Origin: Candidatus Bathyarchaeia archaeon
GTDB lineage: Archaea; Thermoproteota; Bathyarchaeia; Bathyarchaeales; Bathycorpusculaceae
Length of the DNA stretch: 64,000 bases
Assembly: GCA_037481775.1 (NCBI GenBank)
Contig: JBBFKZ010000001.1
Coordinates: 179,378-243,377 of the forward strand
Direction: 5' to 3'
Shown: in pieces, positions 1 to 9,697 of the stretch
How positions within the stretch are numbered: position 1 is the first letter of the stretch
Layout of the letters: every line of letters begins with the position of its first letter
The notes under the pieces: model-generated
Told to the model about the DNA's origin: nothing
Seen by the model: only the letters and a program-made list of their open reading frames with translations
Databases searched by the model: none
Made by a program: the position numbers and the translations under genes

Positions 1-808
1 TCAATTATATAATTATAATTTGGGTCAGTATCCAACAAGTGGAAGTGGATACATAACCGACACCATCGGGCAAACTACGGTTCCAAAAAACCAGACTATA
101 CCAGTTTCCTCAACGGATTTTCGAGATGCCAACGGGAACTGGAAAATGAAAATAACTGGAACCAAAATCACCTATACGCAGTTTGAAATGCACGTTGACT
201 GGATAGAATTTAAACCGACACTGTTTGATGTTTACCGCCTTAATGTCGTCAATAATTTTGCAGTGGATTTATCAACTTATCCGCGGGAACACATTCAGGG
301 TTTAGAGTTGCTAATTAAGTATAAAGTCTCCGAAAGCTCGGAAAGATGGTTCTTAAAAGCGTATAACTGGCGCGCCGCTGCTTTCAGTGATGTAGGCTTC
401 AACGTTACAGCTGGAAGCCAGCCGATACTTGGTGAATGGACTGAGTACGCTATAGCTGTTACAGACGATTGGGCTGATTACGTAAACGAAGAGGGCCTGG
501 TTCGTGTAGAGCTTTTTGATGAAGGCACAGGTGCAAATCAGACTGTGTTGGAAATCGACTTCTTTGCAGTAAGAGTCATAATTGATGCCACACGCATAGA
601 CGTGAAAAACTCGAGTCCAATAAGCGTTCGCATCGTAGCAGTTTGGGTCATAAACTCTACAATGCATCAGCGCTACGATGTAGACATGTTGCTTAACGCT
701 GGAGAAGCGGCAACGTATATCCGCGCGGACATAAAAATGCCGCAAGATACTTTTTTGGCAAAGGTTGTTACAGAAAGGGGCAATGTAGCCGTTTTCTCAA
801 AAGACTAA
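1..808 (+). CDS. 5'-truncated secreted/surface protein, archaeal pilin/archaellin-like C-terminus
   Basis: Frame is open from the window edge (QLYNYNLGQYPTSG...). Beta-rich, Thr/Asn-rich; ends with IVAVWVIN...KVVTERGNVAVF, resembling archaeal type IV pilin-like C-termini. Confidence 0.55.
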   Translation, partial: QLYNYNLGQYPTSGSGYITDTIGQTTVPKNQTIPVSSTDFRDANGNWKMKITGTKITYTQFEMHVDWIEFKPTLFDVYRLNVVNNFAVDLSTYPREHIQGLELLIKYKVSESSERWFLKAYNWRAAAFSDVGFNVTAGSQPILGEWTEYAIAVTDDWADYVNEEGLVRVELFDEGTGANQTVLEIDFFAVRVIIDATRIDVKNSSPISVRIVAVWVINSTMHQRYDVDMLLNAGEAATYIRADIKMPQDTFLAKVVTERGNVAVFSKD

Positions 809-1788
809 TCAGCGCCTAGTTTCTTTTTTAACGAAACTATAGCTTCTTCTTGGTTTTCAGCCTCTATTGAATCGATGTTATACAATTCTGCCATTTTCTT
901 CCCGTTTTCGCTGAGTTTTGGAATTGCAATTAAGTAGGCTTTTTCAGGTGAAACATCGAATATCTTGGCAAATAATGCGATAACTGGCTGTTCTGACACA
1001 ACTTTTTCAGTCGTAGTTGCCAAATCAAGCACGATCATTTTCTTTGGCTCGTCGCCTTTGTAGGCAGCTATGTCGAAGGAATGGTTTGCGCCCGATTTGC
1101 CTTTGAGAATCGCGGGGCTTTCAACCGTTAATCCTTTTTCTACGAGAGTTTCTCGTATTGTAGCAATCGCAAACCAGTTCAAGAAGGATTCTGCTTTGAT
1201 ATTCTCTGTTATTTTGTACGCGTACACGTCTCTGATGACACATTCTTCAAATGTGGAATTTGTATGGCAGTTCCTGCAGAAATTGATGGTTACGGGAATG
1301 TCAAAGCTTTTACCGCACTCGTTGCACGTGCACCAGATTCCTGCTTTTCTATAATCAACATCAATTTTTCTCAGCGGTTCACGACATTTCGGGCAGACAT
1401 ATTTGTCTCCTTCAAGAAAGTTCTCCTCTACGTCCATGTAGCCGCATTTTATGTGCTCTATCAACGCGCTTTTTTGAATATTAATTGATTTACAGAAGGG
1501 GCAACAGTAACGAACAGAAATGTTTGCGGAATCACATTTTGGGCAAAAAATGACTTTGTCATAAAGCTTCCTTTCCAAGATACCTGTAGCGTAAAGCTTG
1601 TTTAAGAAAGGCAAGACCTGCGCCTGGTCACCTACAATGTCCTCCACTACTGGGTATTTATAACCGGCTTTTGGATCGTAAACAGGTTCAAGGCTTTCAA
1701 ATTTTCCGCTCAGAAATTTGCTTAACAAAACTTGTACATTCCGATCCTTATAGAGTGTAGGCGTCTCTTTTTTTTCAGTATTTTGCAT
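805..1788 (-). CDS. TackOD1 (thaumarchaeal output domain 1)-like Zn-ribbon protein with C-terminal restriction-endonuclease-like domain
   Basis: wHTH-like start followed by repeated CxxC/HxxC pairs (CPKC, CPFC, HIKC, CPKC, CNEC, CRNC). C-terminal GKSGANHSFDIAA segment. Confidence 0.7.
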   Translation of the reverse strand: MQNTEKKETPTLYKDRNVQVLLSKFLSGKFESLEPVYDPKAGYKYPVVEDIVGDQAQVLPFLNKLYATGILERKLYDKVIFCPKCDSANISVRYCCPFCKSINIQKSALIEHIKCGYMDVEENFLEGDKYVCPKCREPLRKIDVDYRKAGIWCTCNECGKSFDIPVTINFCRNCHTNSTFEECVIRDVYAYKITENIKAESFLNWFAIATIRETLVEKGLTVESPAILKGKSGANHSFDIAAYKGDEPKKMIVLDLATTTEKVVSEQPVIALFAKIFDVSPEKAYLIAIPKLSENGKKMAELYNIDSIEAENQEEAIVSLKKKLGAD

Positions 1789-2066
1789 TTTATTCGATCT
1801 CTTCTGATGAACCCTTTGTTTAGCCTAAATTAATTACTCAGTGTTTTATATTTTGTTGAATTTGCAAATATTACTTTTACGCATGCCGTCCTTCTTAGTT
1901 TTGAGTTAAACGTTTCAGCTCATTTTGAAGTATGAACGATTTTTTGGAGAAAACGGTTTGTATCTTCAACCTGCAGCTTATCAGAAGCGCTATTGCGCTT
2001 ATGAGTCAGCTTTTTTAACGCGAAACCCGTATTCACACTGTGCACGTACATGGAGAAGGTAGCTGA

Positions 2067-2948
2067 ATGACAGATTACCCTCGTTTTGGCCCAGCGGGAA
2101 TTCCGCCTCTCTTCAAAATTCTAGGTGCAGAATTGGCTGATGTTCCAAGACTTTTACGGGAAGAAGGGCTAGACGCTTTTGAGTATCAGGCAGTCCGCTG
2201 GGGGCAAACTCCTCAACTTAGGCGGGAGGATGCTGAGGCGCTCGGTGCTGAGGCAAGAAAGAATAATGTTTTGCTTAGTGTTCACGGTTCCTATTATGTT
2301 AATCTCTGTGGTAAAAAAGAGGTTGTGGAAGCAAGCAAAAGGCGCTTAATCGCCTGCGCAACTGCGGCGCAGTGGATGGGCGCTTACATTTTGGTTTTTC
2401 ACCCCGGGTTTTATGGGCGCATGGAAAAAAGCTACGCTTTTAAAACCTGCGTCGAGGCATTGAAGGATACTGTTTCAGCTCTGAATGGTATGGGGGTTAC
2501 CGTGAAGTTAGGTCCTGAAACCATGGGGCGAGTTTTCCAAGTAGGCACATTGGAAGAAATCTTGGCTATTTGCGAAGAAGTTGAACAGACCCTGCCTGTT
2601 ATTGACTGGTCGCATCTATACGCTCGACATCAAGGGGGCTTCCGAAAAACAGATGATTTCCGCGCTATAGTTGAAGAAGTTGAAAAAAGATTAGGGCCTG
2701 AGGCGGCGAGAAGCATGCACTGTCACTTCAGCAGAATTGAGTACACGGCCAAGGGTGAAAGGCGCCACCATGTACTAGACGAGAAAAGGTATGGCCCAGA
2801 CTTCGAGATGCTGGCAGAGGTTATAGCTGAATTTAAAATGCGCCCTGTCGTCATATGCGAAACGCCGCTTTTAGATGTAGACGCAATGAAAATGCGCGCA
2901 ATCTTTAGAAGCATTGTGGAAAATAGTGAAGGCGCTGGCAAGTCATGA
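2067..2948 (+). CDS. nfo: Endonuclease IV (AP endonuclease 2 family)
   Basis: RFGPAG start; SVHGSYYVNL, VFHPG, GPETMG, IDWSH, HCHFS, ERRH and ICETP metal-ligand motifs. Confidence 0.9.
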   Translation: MTDYPRFGPAGIPPLFKILGAELADVPRLLREEGLDAFEYQAVRWGQTPQLRREDAEALGAEARKNNVLLSVHGSYYVNLCGKKEVVEASKRRLIACATAAQWMGAYILVFHPGFYGRMEKSYAFKTCVEALKDTVSALNGMGVTVKLGPETMGRVFQVGTLEEILAICEEVEQTLPVIDWSHLYARHQGGFRKTDDFRAIVEEVEKRLGPEAARSMHCHFSRIEYTAKGERRHHVLDEKRYGPDFEMLAEVIAEFKMRPVVICETPLLDVDAMKMRAIFRSIVENSEGAGKS

Positions 2949-3064
2949 ATGAAATATGCAGCAAGAGGCTACAGTTGGGATTCTTAGTTAGCGGGAAGTC
3001 AGCTACTTATGGGAGAAGCTTGAATCGCGCGGGGTATAAGCTTGTATGGGAAATAATTTTGTTG

Positions 3065-5761
3065 TTAACTTAGGAAACTTTCCAGTTTAGTTAGTCCGAT
3101 GATTTCGTCGAAGCTTAAGCCCAGCGCATCCAGCACTTGCTCAAAAGTTGACTGTAAGTATGCAATATATTTGTCCACGTCAACTTCATTGTTTGTCGCA
3201 AGCTCTACTGGTTTTACATGAGGCTCCCTAACGGTTTTGACGAAACTAATCAAATCGCCTGCTCGGATTTCTATACCGTTCTTTTCCAAAATCTTGGCAG
3301 CTTTAACGTGCTGTGGCGTGGTTTTCGTGTAGCGGTAAAGCTCTTCACCTAAAACAACATGAAAGGCAAGTTCGCTGAGGCTTTCCCATTCTCTTCGCTT
3401 CAGCCGCATGTAACGCTCACGTACAATGTTGGCTATGTCCTTCTTCGCCTTTTCGAAGTCCGCCGGCGTCTTAACCTGCGCAAGCCGCTCTTTCATCTGG
3501 TTAAACGCGTTTTTTATGTAGATGGGTATGTGCTTTTTCTTTCCTGTAAGCCCCTTAACGTCTACAGTGCCGTCTTCCAAAACACCCAGATAATTCTTTT
3601 TGCGGCTGCTGAAAACTGCGTATCTGTAAACTTTATCCACGTCTATATTCATTTTTAGCGCTTGCTCGGTCCAACGAGCTAGCTCGGCAATTTGCTCCTT
3701 AGTGGGGTTCTTAAGGAAAAGGCTATCCGTGTCCCCGTAAAGCACCTGTATACCTAACTCGCCGGCTTTGTTGAGTATTTGCGTTATAGCATGGCGGCCT
3801 ATGGCTGCAGTGGCTTCCGCTACTGGCGGGCAATACAAATCGAAGCTGGCGGCTCCGAAAACTCCGTAGCTGGCGTTCAAGATAACTTTTAATGCGCCTT
3901 GGGTGATGCCATACCAGCTTCGCAGCTCAGCAGGCAAGCTTTTGTCTTTGGCTTTTAGTTTGTACCAGCGTACACGTAAATCTCTCAATGAGCCAATAAG
4001 CAGGCTTTCTAAGGCTCGTTTTCTGGTGCAAACCCAATGCGGCGTGCCAGGTATCACATTTTGGCGGCATTCCGAATGTGGACAGAGGATTGACTGGTAG
4101 CCGAGGTTCCAAACCTTAATTATTGAAGGATATAGGCTTGGAAAGTCCATGACGGCGACGTTGAAGTGGACGCCGGGCACGGGTTCGACGACTATGGCGC
4201 CTTTGTATTTTTTGCCTTTGATGATGGCGGTGGTTGCGGTTTTGCCTTTCTTCGCAAGTATGTCTTCAGCGTTGGGAATCAGCATGTTGCGTCTGCGGTG
4301 CTCTCGGTGCATGAAGTTGCGTATCCAGCGGCTTACTCCCTGGCGGCTTACGTCTTCCATGGGCATGCTGCTTATTCGCGCGAGAACGAGGATTAGCTTC
4401 ATGGCTAGCTCGTCTTCGACGCTGGTCAGTTTGAAAGTGATTTCTGAGTCTCTGAGGCAGTATTGCGCCAGTTCGGAGTAAGTTAGTTCTCCGAAGCTTT
4501 TTTCCAGCCGAATTTTTTCCACGCCTATTATGGCTTTGCCCACGTCATCAAGTGTCACGTCTCGATAACGATTGTTGTAGGCGTAGATTTGAATTGACCT
4601 GTTGAAGAAGAACTTGTATAAATCAATGTGCACGCCATATTTCAGTAAACAGACGCGCTTACCAACCTCTATGGGAATCTCGCTCTTTTTAATACCTAGA
4701 TTCAGCGCGCGGTGAGCAAGATAGCGTAGGTCAAAATCGTCGCCATTGAAAGTTAAAATGAACGGGTATTCCCATAGCACTTCAAAGACCGCTCTGAGCA
4801 GTTCTTCTTCCTTATCAAAATATTCCAGAGAAACGTCCGCAGGCAAGTGTTCTTTTCCCTCACGGACACCTTCGCGTCTTAGAAGAAGCACTCTTTTTTT
4901 ATTGTCTGAGCTGTATACGGAAACACAGATGATTTTATATTCAGCCTTGCGCGGGTCTGGCACTCTCGTGGAGACAGGCGCGTAAACCTCTATGTCAATG
5001 GCTGCTCTGCGAAATTTAGGCGCAGGATACTCCAGCAGCCTCGCCCAACTTTCAACGTATTCAAGTTCTTCAGCTGACTCCTCTTTGAAAATGGCCTTTA
5101 TCTGCTCAAGAGTTTCTTCAGTCTTCTCCAAGGTTACAGGAACAAGGTTGCCGTTTTTGACTTCATAGATCATTCCTGGAAAAAGCTGTCTATCATAAAT
5201 GTAGCATTGGTAGTACTTTATTCGTGCCTCCCAAACCTTTGCTTCTTCATTATTCACCATTCCTTCAGATATTTTCGGGAAATCCTCCGGTATTATGTCT
5301 CTTATAGTGCCTTGTGGGCGGCCACCTATAGCTAAAGGATCATTTGCAACAATTTTTGTTACCTGCACTTTCCTATCGAGAAGGGGATCGAACTTTTCTT
5401 CAAGAACAAAACGGTCAAAACCCTCATGCTTCACTAGTCGATCAATCTTCTCCAGCTCGTATTGTGAAAGGTTGGTGAAACAATAAGGCTTATGCCCAGT
5501 GTTATCATACCAGAAATAAATTTTTTCCGAGATAGGCTCATAGAGTTTAATCACCGCTTTCCTTGACTGCCCATCGTAGGCTGCTGAAACAAAATATGAC
5601 GGCGGCAGGTTCTCTGGTGCTACAGGAGGAAAAGCAAGTTTTGCTGCCTTTTTCGCGTCAGCAGGCGTCGCTTCAGTGCTGAACGCAACAGCTTTTGGCG
5701 CAGCTTCGTTGGGAGATTTCTTCTCCACCTGTGAATAGTCCAGTAAACTTCTCTGTGCCAT
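3065..5761 (-). CDS. polB1: Family B DNA polymerase, PolB1 type
   Basis: Exonuclease motifs DIE and FNGDDFD; polymerase motifs DFPSLYPS, KVILNASYG, YGDTDS, KKNY; N-terminal YDG...W.DNTGHKPYC characteristic of PolB1. No intein. Confidence 0.95.
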   Translation of the reverse strand: MAQRSLLDYSQVEKKSPNEAAPKAVAFSTEATPADAKKAAKLAFPPVAPENLPPSYFVSAAYDGQSRKAVIKLYEPISEKIYFWYDNTGHKPYCFTNLSQYELEKIDRLVKHEGFDRFVLEEKFDPLLDRKVQVTKIVANDPLAIGGRPQGTIRDIIPEDFPKISEGMVNNEEAKVWEARIKYYQCYIYDRQLFPGMIYEVKNGNLVPVTLEKTEETLEQIKAIFKEESAEELEYVESWARLLEYPAPKFRRAAIDIEVYAPVSTRVPDPRKAEYKIICVSVYSSDNKKRVLLLRREGVREGKEHLPADVSLEYFDKEEELLRAVFEVLWEYPFILTFNGDDFDLRYLAHRALNLGIKKSEIPIEVGKRVCLLKYGVHIDLYKFFFNRSIQIYAYNNRYRDVTLDDVGKAIIGVEKIRLEKSFGELTYSELAQYCLRDSEITFKLTSVEDELAMKLILVLARISSMPMEDVSRQGVSRWIRNFMHREHRRRNMLIPNAEDILAKKGKTATTAIIKGKKYKGAIVVEPVPGVHFNVAVMDFPSLYPSIIKVWNLGYQSILCPHSECRQNVIPGTPHWVCTRKRALESLLIGSLRDLRVRWYKLKAKDKSLPAELRSWYGITQGALKVILNASYGVFGAASFDLYCPPVAEATAAIGRHAITQILNKAGELGIQVLYGDTDSLFLKNPTKEQIAELARWTEQALKMNIDVDKVYRYAVFSSRKKNYLGVLEDGTVDVKGLTGKKKHIPIYIKNAFNQMKERLAQVKTPADFEKAKKDIANIVRERYMRLKRREWESLSELAFHVVLGEELYRYTKTTPQHVKAAKILEKNGIEIRAGDLISFVKTVREPHVKPVELATNNEVDVDKYIAYLQSTFEQVLDALGLSFDEIIGLTKLESFLS

Positions 5762-5984
5762 CCCGATTCTCGTCCCTAGCCTACACTTATAGGCTAGCGC
5801 AGACTAAAATCTTTACCGACCACGCGCAGCGGAGTTACGCTACTTCAGAATGCAACTATTTGCTTGAAATAGATAATAAGACGATAGCCCCTCTATAGGT
5901 TTCTGCATTGAATTGCTAATATGCGCCAAATATGACGGGTGCTGCCGAGAAGCGCATGTGCAAAAACATATCTTACGTATTTCA

Positions 5985-6383
5985 CTATGCTGTTTGAGCC
6001 ATTTGTTGCTCTTTTTTACTTTCTGCGGGTTTTTGTGGTTTTTCAATGATTTTCGCGTTTATCTGCACGATTTCGTCGGTTATTATGTTTCCTCGTACGG
6101 TTTTTCGTTTTCGTTCTCCTTCTTTTTTAGGGTTAAAGCCTGTTCCGCCGCTCAGTATGACTTTTCGGCGGCCGCCGCCGTGCACGTTTGCCCTCATGGG
6201 TATTCCGTCTTTGTCTGAGCCGCCTGTGATCTGTAGCTTGTGCGCTGGTAAATCCACTATGGAGCCGTCTACTACCTCGCCGATTTTTCTTCCAATGAGT
6301 GGTGCTGCACGTGTTTCTTCAAGCTCAACTACCTTTGAAGTTCCCGTCTCCGGGTCAGATACTATTACCTTGAATTTAGCCAT
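5985..6383 (-). CDS. rps6e: 30S ribosomal protein S6e
   Basis: ITGGSDKDGIPM and GERKRKTVRGN motifs. Confidence 0.97.
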   Translation of the reverse strand: MAKFKVIVSDPETGTSKVVELEETRAAPLIGRKIGEVVDGSIVDLPAHKLQITGGSDKDGIPMRANVHGGGRRKVILSGGTGFNPKKEGERKRKTVRGNIITDEIVQINAKIIEKPQKPAESKKEQQMAQTA

Positions 6384-6525
6384 GTGTCACTTTACTCTCC
6401 AGCGAAGTATGAAGTTAAGTATCTCTCTATTAAGGATTTATGGCGAATATGCCGCTGTTCAAGCCGTAAAAGTGCTTTTCTCTGGCATAAACATTTTAAT
6501 CCAACCCTAGAGAAGTCTTGCTGTT

Positions 6526-7719
6526 ATGTGGCGGTTGGGCTTCTTCTTCCACGAAATTGCGTTCGGCTTGCTTTCGATATTTATCCCTCTGTATGTAGTA
6601 ACACCAGCTGTTGGTGGTTCACTAGTTGACCTAGGCATAATGACTTCCTTAGCACTGCTTTCGGCTATACCTGCCTCCTTCTTCTGGGGTTACATCTGCG
6701 ACAGAACCAGACATTATAAGCTCTACATTCTTCTGTCGTTTATTTCACTGGCTGTTATACTTTACCTTCTGACCTTCGCCACAGACGTTCGCACGTTCAC
6801 TTTTCTTTACGTAGTAATGGCTGTCCTTCACGTCGCCCATGAAGCACCAAAAAACGTTCTGATAGCCGAGCACTACCCAAGGGAAGATTGGGGGAAATCC
6901 TATGCCCTTTATGAGGGCTTTACGGAGATCGGTTCACTAATTGGCTTGCTAATAGGCTTGTTTACGTTCACAGCTGCTTTAACCCCCCCTCTCATCTTGT
7001 TTCTGTGCAGCGGCTTAAACTTGGCAGCTTTTATTTTATCCATCTTCTTAGTGGCGGATCCGCTTATAATCTTCGAAAGAAGACTGGTCAGCATAGAAAA
7101 AAAGATTGACTACACCTACAACGGCTCGCGGATCTTTGCTAAGCTTTCGGATGGATTATCTCTTCGTGAAAAGTTCAAAAGCGAAAACTTCAAGGTATTT
7201 AGCGCTGGCTTGGTTCTTTTTTCTCTGGCTTCCAGCTTATTCTTCACGCCGCTGCCAATATTCTTCTCCAAAGCGCTTGACTTACCCGAGAACATGGTAT
7301 TCCTGATTTACGTGCTAAATTCCAGCGGCGTCATGTTCGGTTACTTTTTGGCAGGAAAAAAAGCGGCTTCTCCAAATGCAAAATTGCATGTTCAGCGGCT
7401 TGCGCTTCTTCGAGGCACATTAGTTCTCGCATTGGTCTTCATAGTCAATTTGGCTTTCTCGCCGACGCCTTTGGCCTCCGTAATCTTGATTTTCATGGGT
7501 TTCGCATACGCTTTTTATCATATTCTAACGCTTTCGCTGTCTATGGAGTTGATTCCCGCTGGAAAAGCAGGTTTGTTTGATGTGCTTGTGGGCTTAGGCT
7601 CCTCTTTAGGCTCTTTTCTAGGTCCTTTCTTGGCTGAAACCTTTGGTTTTCTGCTTCAGTTCATGATTGCAAGCGCCATATTCTTTATGGCTTATGTGTT
7701 TTTCAAACTTTTTTACTGA
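6526..7719 (+). CDS. MFS transporter
   Basis: 397 aa with about 12 hydrophobic helices; motif-A-like WGYICDRT. Confidence 0.85.
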   Translation: MWRLGFFFHEIAFGLLSIFIPLYVVTPAVGGSLVDLGIMTSLALLSAIPASFFWGYICDRTRHYKLYILLSFISLAVILYLLTFATDVRTFTFLYVVMAVLHVAHEAPKNVLIAEHYPREDWGKSYALYEGFTEIGSLIGLLIGLFTFTAALTPPLILFLCSGLNLAAFILSIFLVADPLIIFERRLVSIEKKIDYTYNGSRIFAKLSDGLSLREKFKSENFKVFSAGLVLFSLASSLFFTPLPIFFSKALDLPENMVFLIYVLNSSGVMFGYFLAGKKAASPNAKLHVQRLALLRGTLVLALVFIVNLAFSPTPLASVILIFMGFAYAFYHILTLSLSMELIPAGKAGLFDVLVGLGSSLGSFLGPFLAETFGFLLQFMIASAIFFMAYVFFKLFY

Positions 7720-7742
7720 AAAAAAGAAAAGAGAAATGAGAA

Positions 7743-9197
7743 TTATTCTGTATGTACTCGGAATAGGTCGATGTCTTCGCGCATTGCTGGTGTTAGCTCT
7801 AAGAATTCTCTGACTGCCCGCTCCACGTCTTTCGCTTGTGTTACGTATCTTCCAACGATAATGACGTCCGCGCCTTTCTCCAACGCCTCTTTTGCAGTTT
7901 CCGGTACTATTCCACCTGCGACGGCTATTAGAAATCGTTTGTCCGGGAAGGTTTGGCGCAGTTTCGGTATCAGATCCAGCCCAAGGGTTTTCCCTGTTTC
8001 CTGATCTATTCCTCTGTGGATTACAATCATGTCTGGAAACTCTTTAAGCTGCTTAAGCTTTCCAATGGGGTCTTCCACGTTCAGCATGTCCACAACACCG
8101 TAGATGCCAAGTCGTCTTGCTTCGTGCACAAAAGCGTCTAATGTTTCAGGCGGCGCCAGACCGGCGGCAACCACCGCGTCGGCCGTGTCCTCGTAGGCTA
8201 TGTCAACTTCAACTTTTCCAACATCCAAAGTCTTCAAGTCAGCAATCATAAACGCGTCTTTGGCAACCTGCCGTAGCTCGTTTATCACGCGGGTTCCGTA
8301 ACGTTTGATTAATGGCGTCCCAACTTCGATGATTATTCTGTCGCTTCCAGGCATCTGAGAGAGAACCTTCTTAGCCTTATCCAGTTCTGGTGGGTCAAGC
8401 GAAATCTGCAGGTAAGGCGGTCTCCACAAGCGCGGAACCTTGAAGCCCATTATCGGGTGCTTAGCGCGGTCTTTCTCGTAGAGCATCTTGTCAAGCGAAG
8501 GATACTTATTTAAGGCTCTGCGTAGCGCCAGCTTTGTTGCGCCATAATTGTACTGGTATATCTTGCGATAATCGCTTGCCTGAGGATGAATAAAGACGCT
8601 GCATATGATCACCCAGTCATCCACCTTCTCCCTTGGAATGATGCCCTCCTCCACCGCGTCCGCAACTGCCTTTGCAACCGCAGCTTGGGCTGGACCGAAA
8701 ATTTTCCCAGCATCCTCCATGTTCTTCACAGTAACCTTCGGCACAAGCAGCGTGTGCGGCTTAGGCGGAAGATTCGGCCGAATAACCGACAGCAAAGGCG
8801 TGTGCCCTGCTGAAAGATTCGACAAACTGGTAGCGAAAGCTTGCCCAACAGGCCCGTTTTTGTCGCCTATTAGGAGATCTATATGCGCTACCTCGCTTCC
8901 TTCTCCCAAGAGGGCTTCGCCAATCAGGTATGTAGGCCCTGATTCTTCGACACATTCATCCGTGAACGGCATCGGTATGCGGTTCACAATGTCTTTAAAG
9001 TCGACATTGAACTCTTTAAGCCAAGTGTAAAGAGTATCTCGGTGTATATTAAGCTCCTTTGCGGTGCCTGCAACTGTCGGTCTTGTCGGTTTCTGTCCCT
9101 GCGAAAGTCTGCGTTCAACTTCTTTTTTAGCGGCTTCCGTCACAAGTTTTATGAAATCGTCTTTTGTTTCAGGCTTTTTAGTGTCTATATCCGACAT
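7743..9197 (-). CDS. fae-hps: Bifunctional formaldehyde-activating enzyme / 3-hexulose-6-phosphate synthase with extra N-terminal HTH domain
   Basis: Fae motifs GEALLGEGSEVAHIDL, GHTPLL, GPAQAAVA; Hps motifs IEVGTPLIK, ADLKTLD, AVAGGI. Start moved to ATG 9197, which has a TATA-like box about 35-40 nt upstream. Confidence 0.93.
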   Translation of the reverse strand: MSDIDTKKPETKDDFIKLVTEAAKKEVERRLSQGQKPTRPTVAGTAKELNIHRDTLYTWLKEFNVDFKDIVNRIPMPFTDECVEESGPTYLIGEALLGEGSEVAHIDLLIGDKNGPVGQAFATSLSNLSAGHTPLLSVIRPNLPPKPHTLLVPKVTVKNMEDAGKIFGPAQAAVAKAVADAVEEGIIPREKVDDWVIICSVFIHPQASDYRKIYQYNYGATKLALRRALNKYPSLDKMLYEKDRAKHPIMGFKVPRLWRPPYLQISLDPPELDKAKKVLSQMPGSDRIIIEVGTPLIKRYGTRVINELRQVAKDAFMIADLKTLDVGKVEVDIAYEDTADAVVAAGLAPPETLDAFVHEARRLGIYGVVDMLNVEDPIGKLKQLKEFPDMIVIHRGIDQETGKTLGLDLIPKLRQTFPDKRFLIAVAGGIVPETAKEALEKGADVIIVGRYVTQAKDVERAVREFLELTPAMREDIDLFRVHTE

Positions 9198-9301
9198 TTC
9201 TGTCGCCTCTGCGTCTGTATAGCGAGACGTGTATATAAGAATGTCGGAGCAAAACAATTGTTTCAACGAGAGCACAGCTGTTTTTTCTGAAATTCTGTCG
9301 G
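9190..9301 (-). promoter_or_regulatory. fae-hps promoter with palindromes and repeated TGTCG half-sites
   Basis: CGACA-TTTC-TGTCG (9192-9205); TCCGACATT/AATGTCGGA inverted pair (9190-9198 and 9240-9248); TTATATA on the minus strand (9232-9238); AAACAATTGTTT (9252-9263); TTCTGTCG repeated at 9293-9300. Confidence 0.45.
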
Positions 9302-9496
9302 CTAAGAAGTTGATTGTTAAGGCATAACACTTTTGGTTTAAAGAAACTGCTCCTGCATTGGGCTGATATCTGTGTGCATTCGTGCGCTGCGCGCTCTGTA
9401 AGTGTATAAGCGGTTAGCGCTAAAATTTAATAGTCCCTTAGATTTAGCGGTACATCTATATCTCCGCGTGTACTCTGTGTTAGCAAATATTCAACG

Positions 9497-9697
9497 GTGT
9501 CCTGTATGTTTAGGCTTAATTGGGTGTGTTTAAGCTTGATCTTGCTTGGTTTTGTGCTTTTTCTTTACGGCGCTAACTTCTACGACGCAATAGTTGGCTG
9601 GCTGGGCGTTTTCGTCATTCTTGGAGGTGCACTTGCGCTTCTTCTTTTATACATTTATTGCGAGTTAAAGAAACAAGGATCTGTTCAGAAGCCGTAG
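9497..9697 (+). CDS. Small two-TM membrane protein
   Basis: Two hydrophobic helices around YGANFYDAIVGW; basic tail. Confidence 0.65.
   Translation: MSCMFRLNWVCLSLILLGFVLFLYGANFYDAIVGWLGVFVILGGALALLLLYIYCELKKQGSVQKP

Noticed and set aside
3065-5761. Intein or inactivation in PolB
   Set aside because: Length is normal and all exonuclease and polymerase motifs are contiguous and intact.
9198-9275. Longer ORF-track N-termini (also at 20105, 24337, 26609, 31672, 34876, 54629)
   Set aside because: The extensions overlap promoters or neighbouring genes and precede the recognisable family start.
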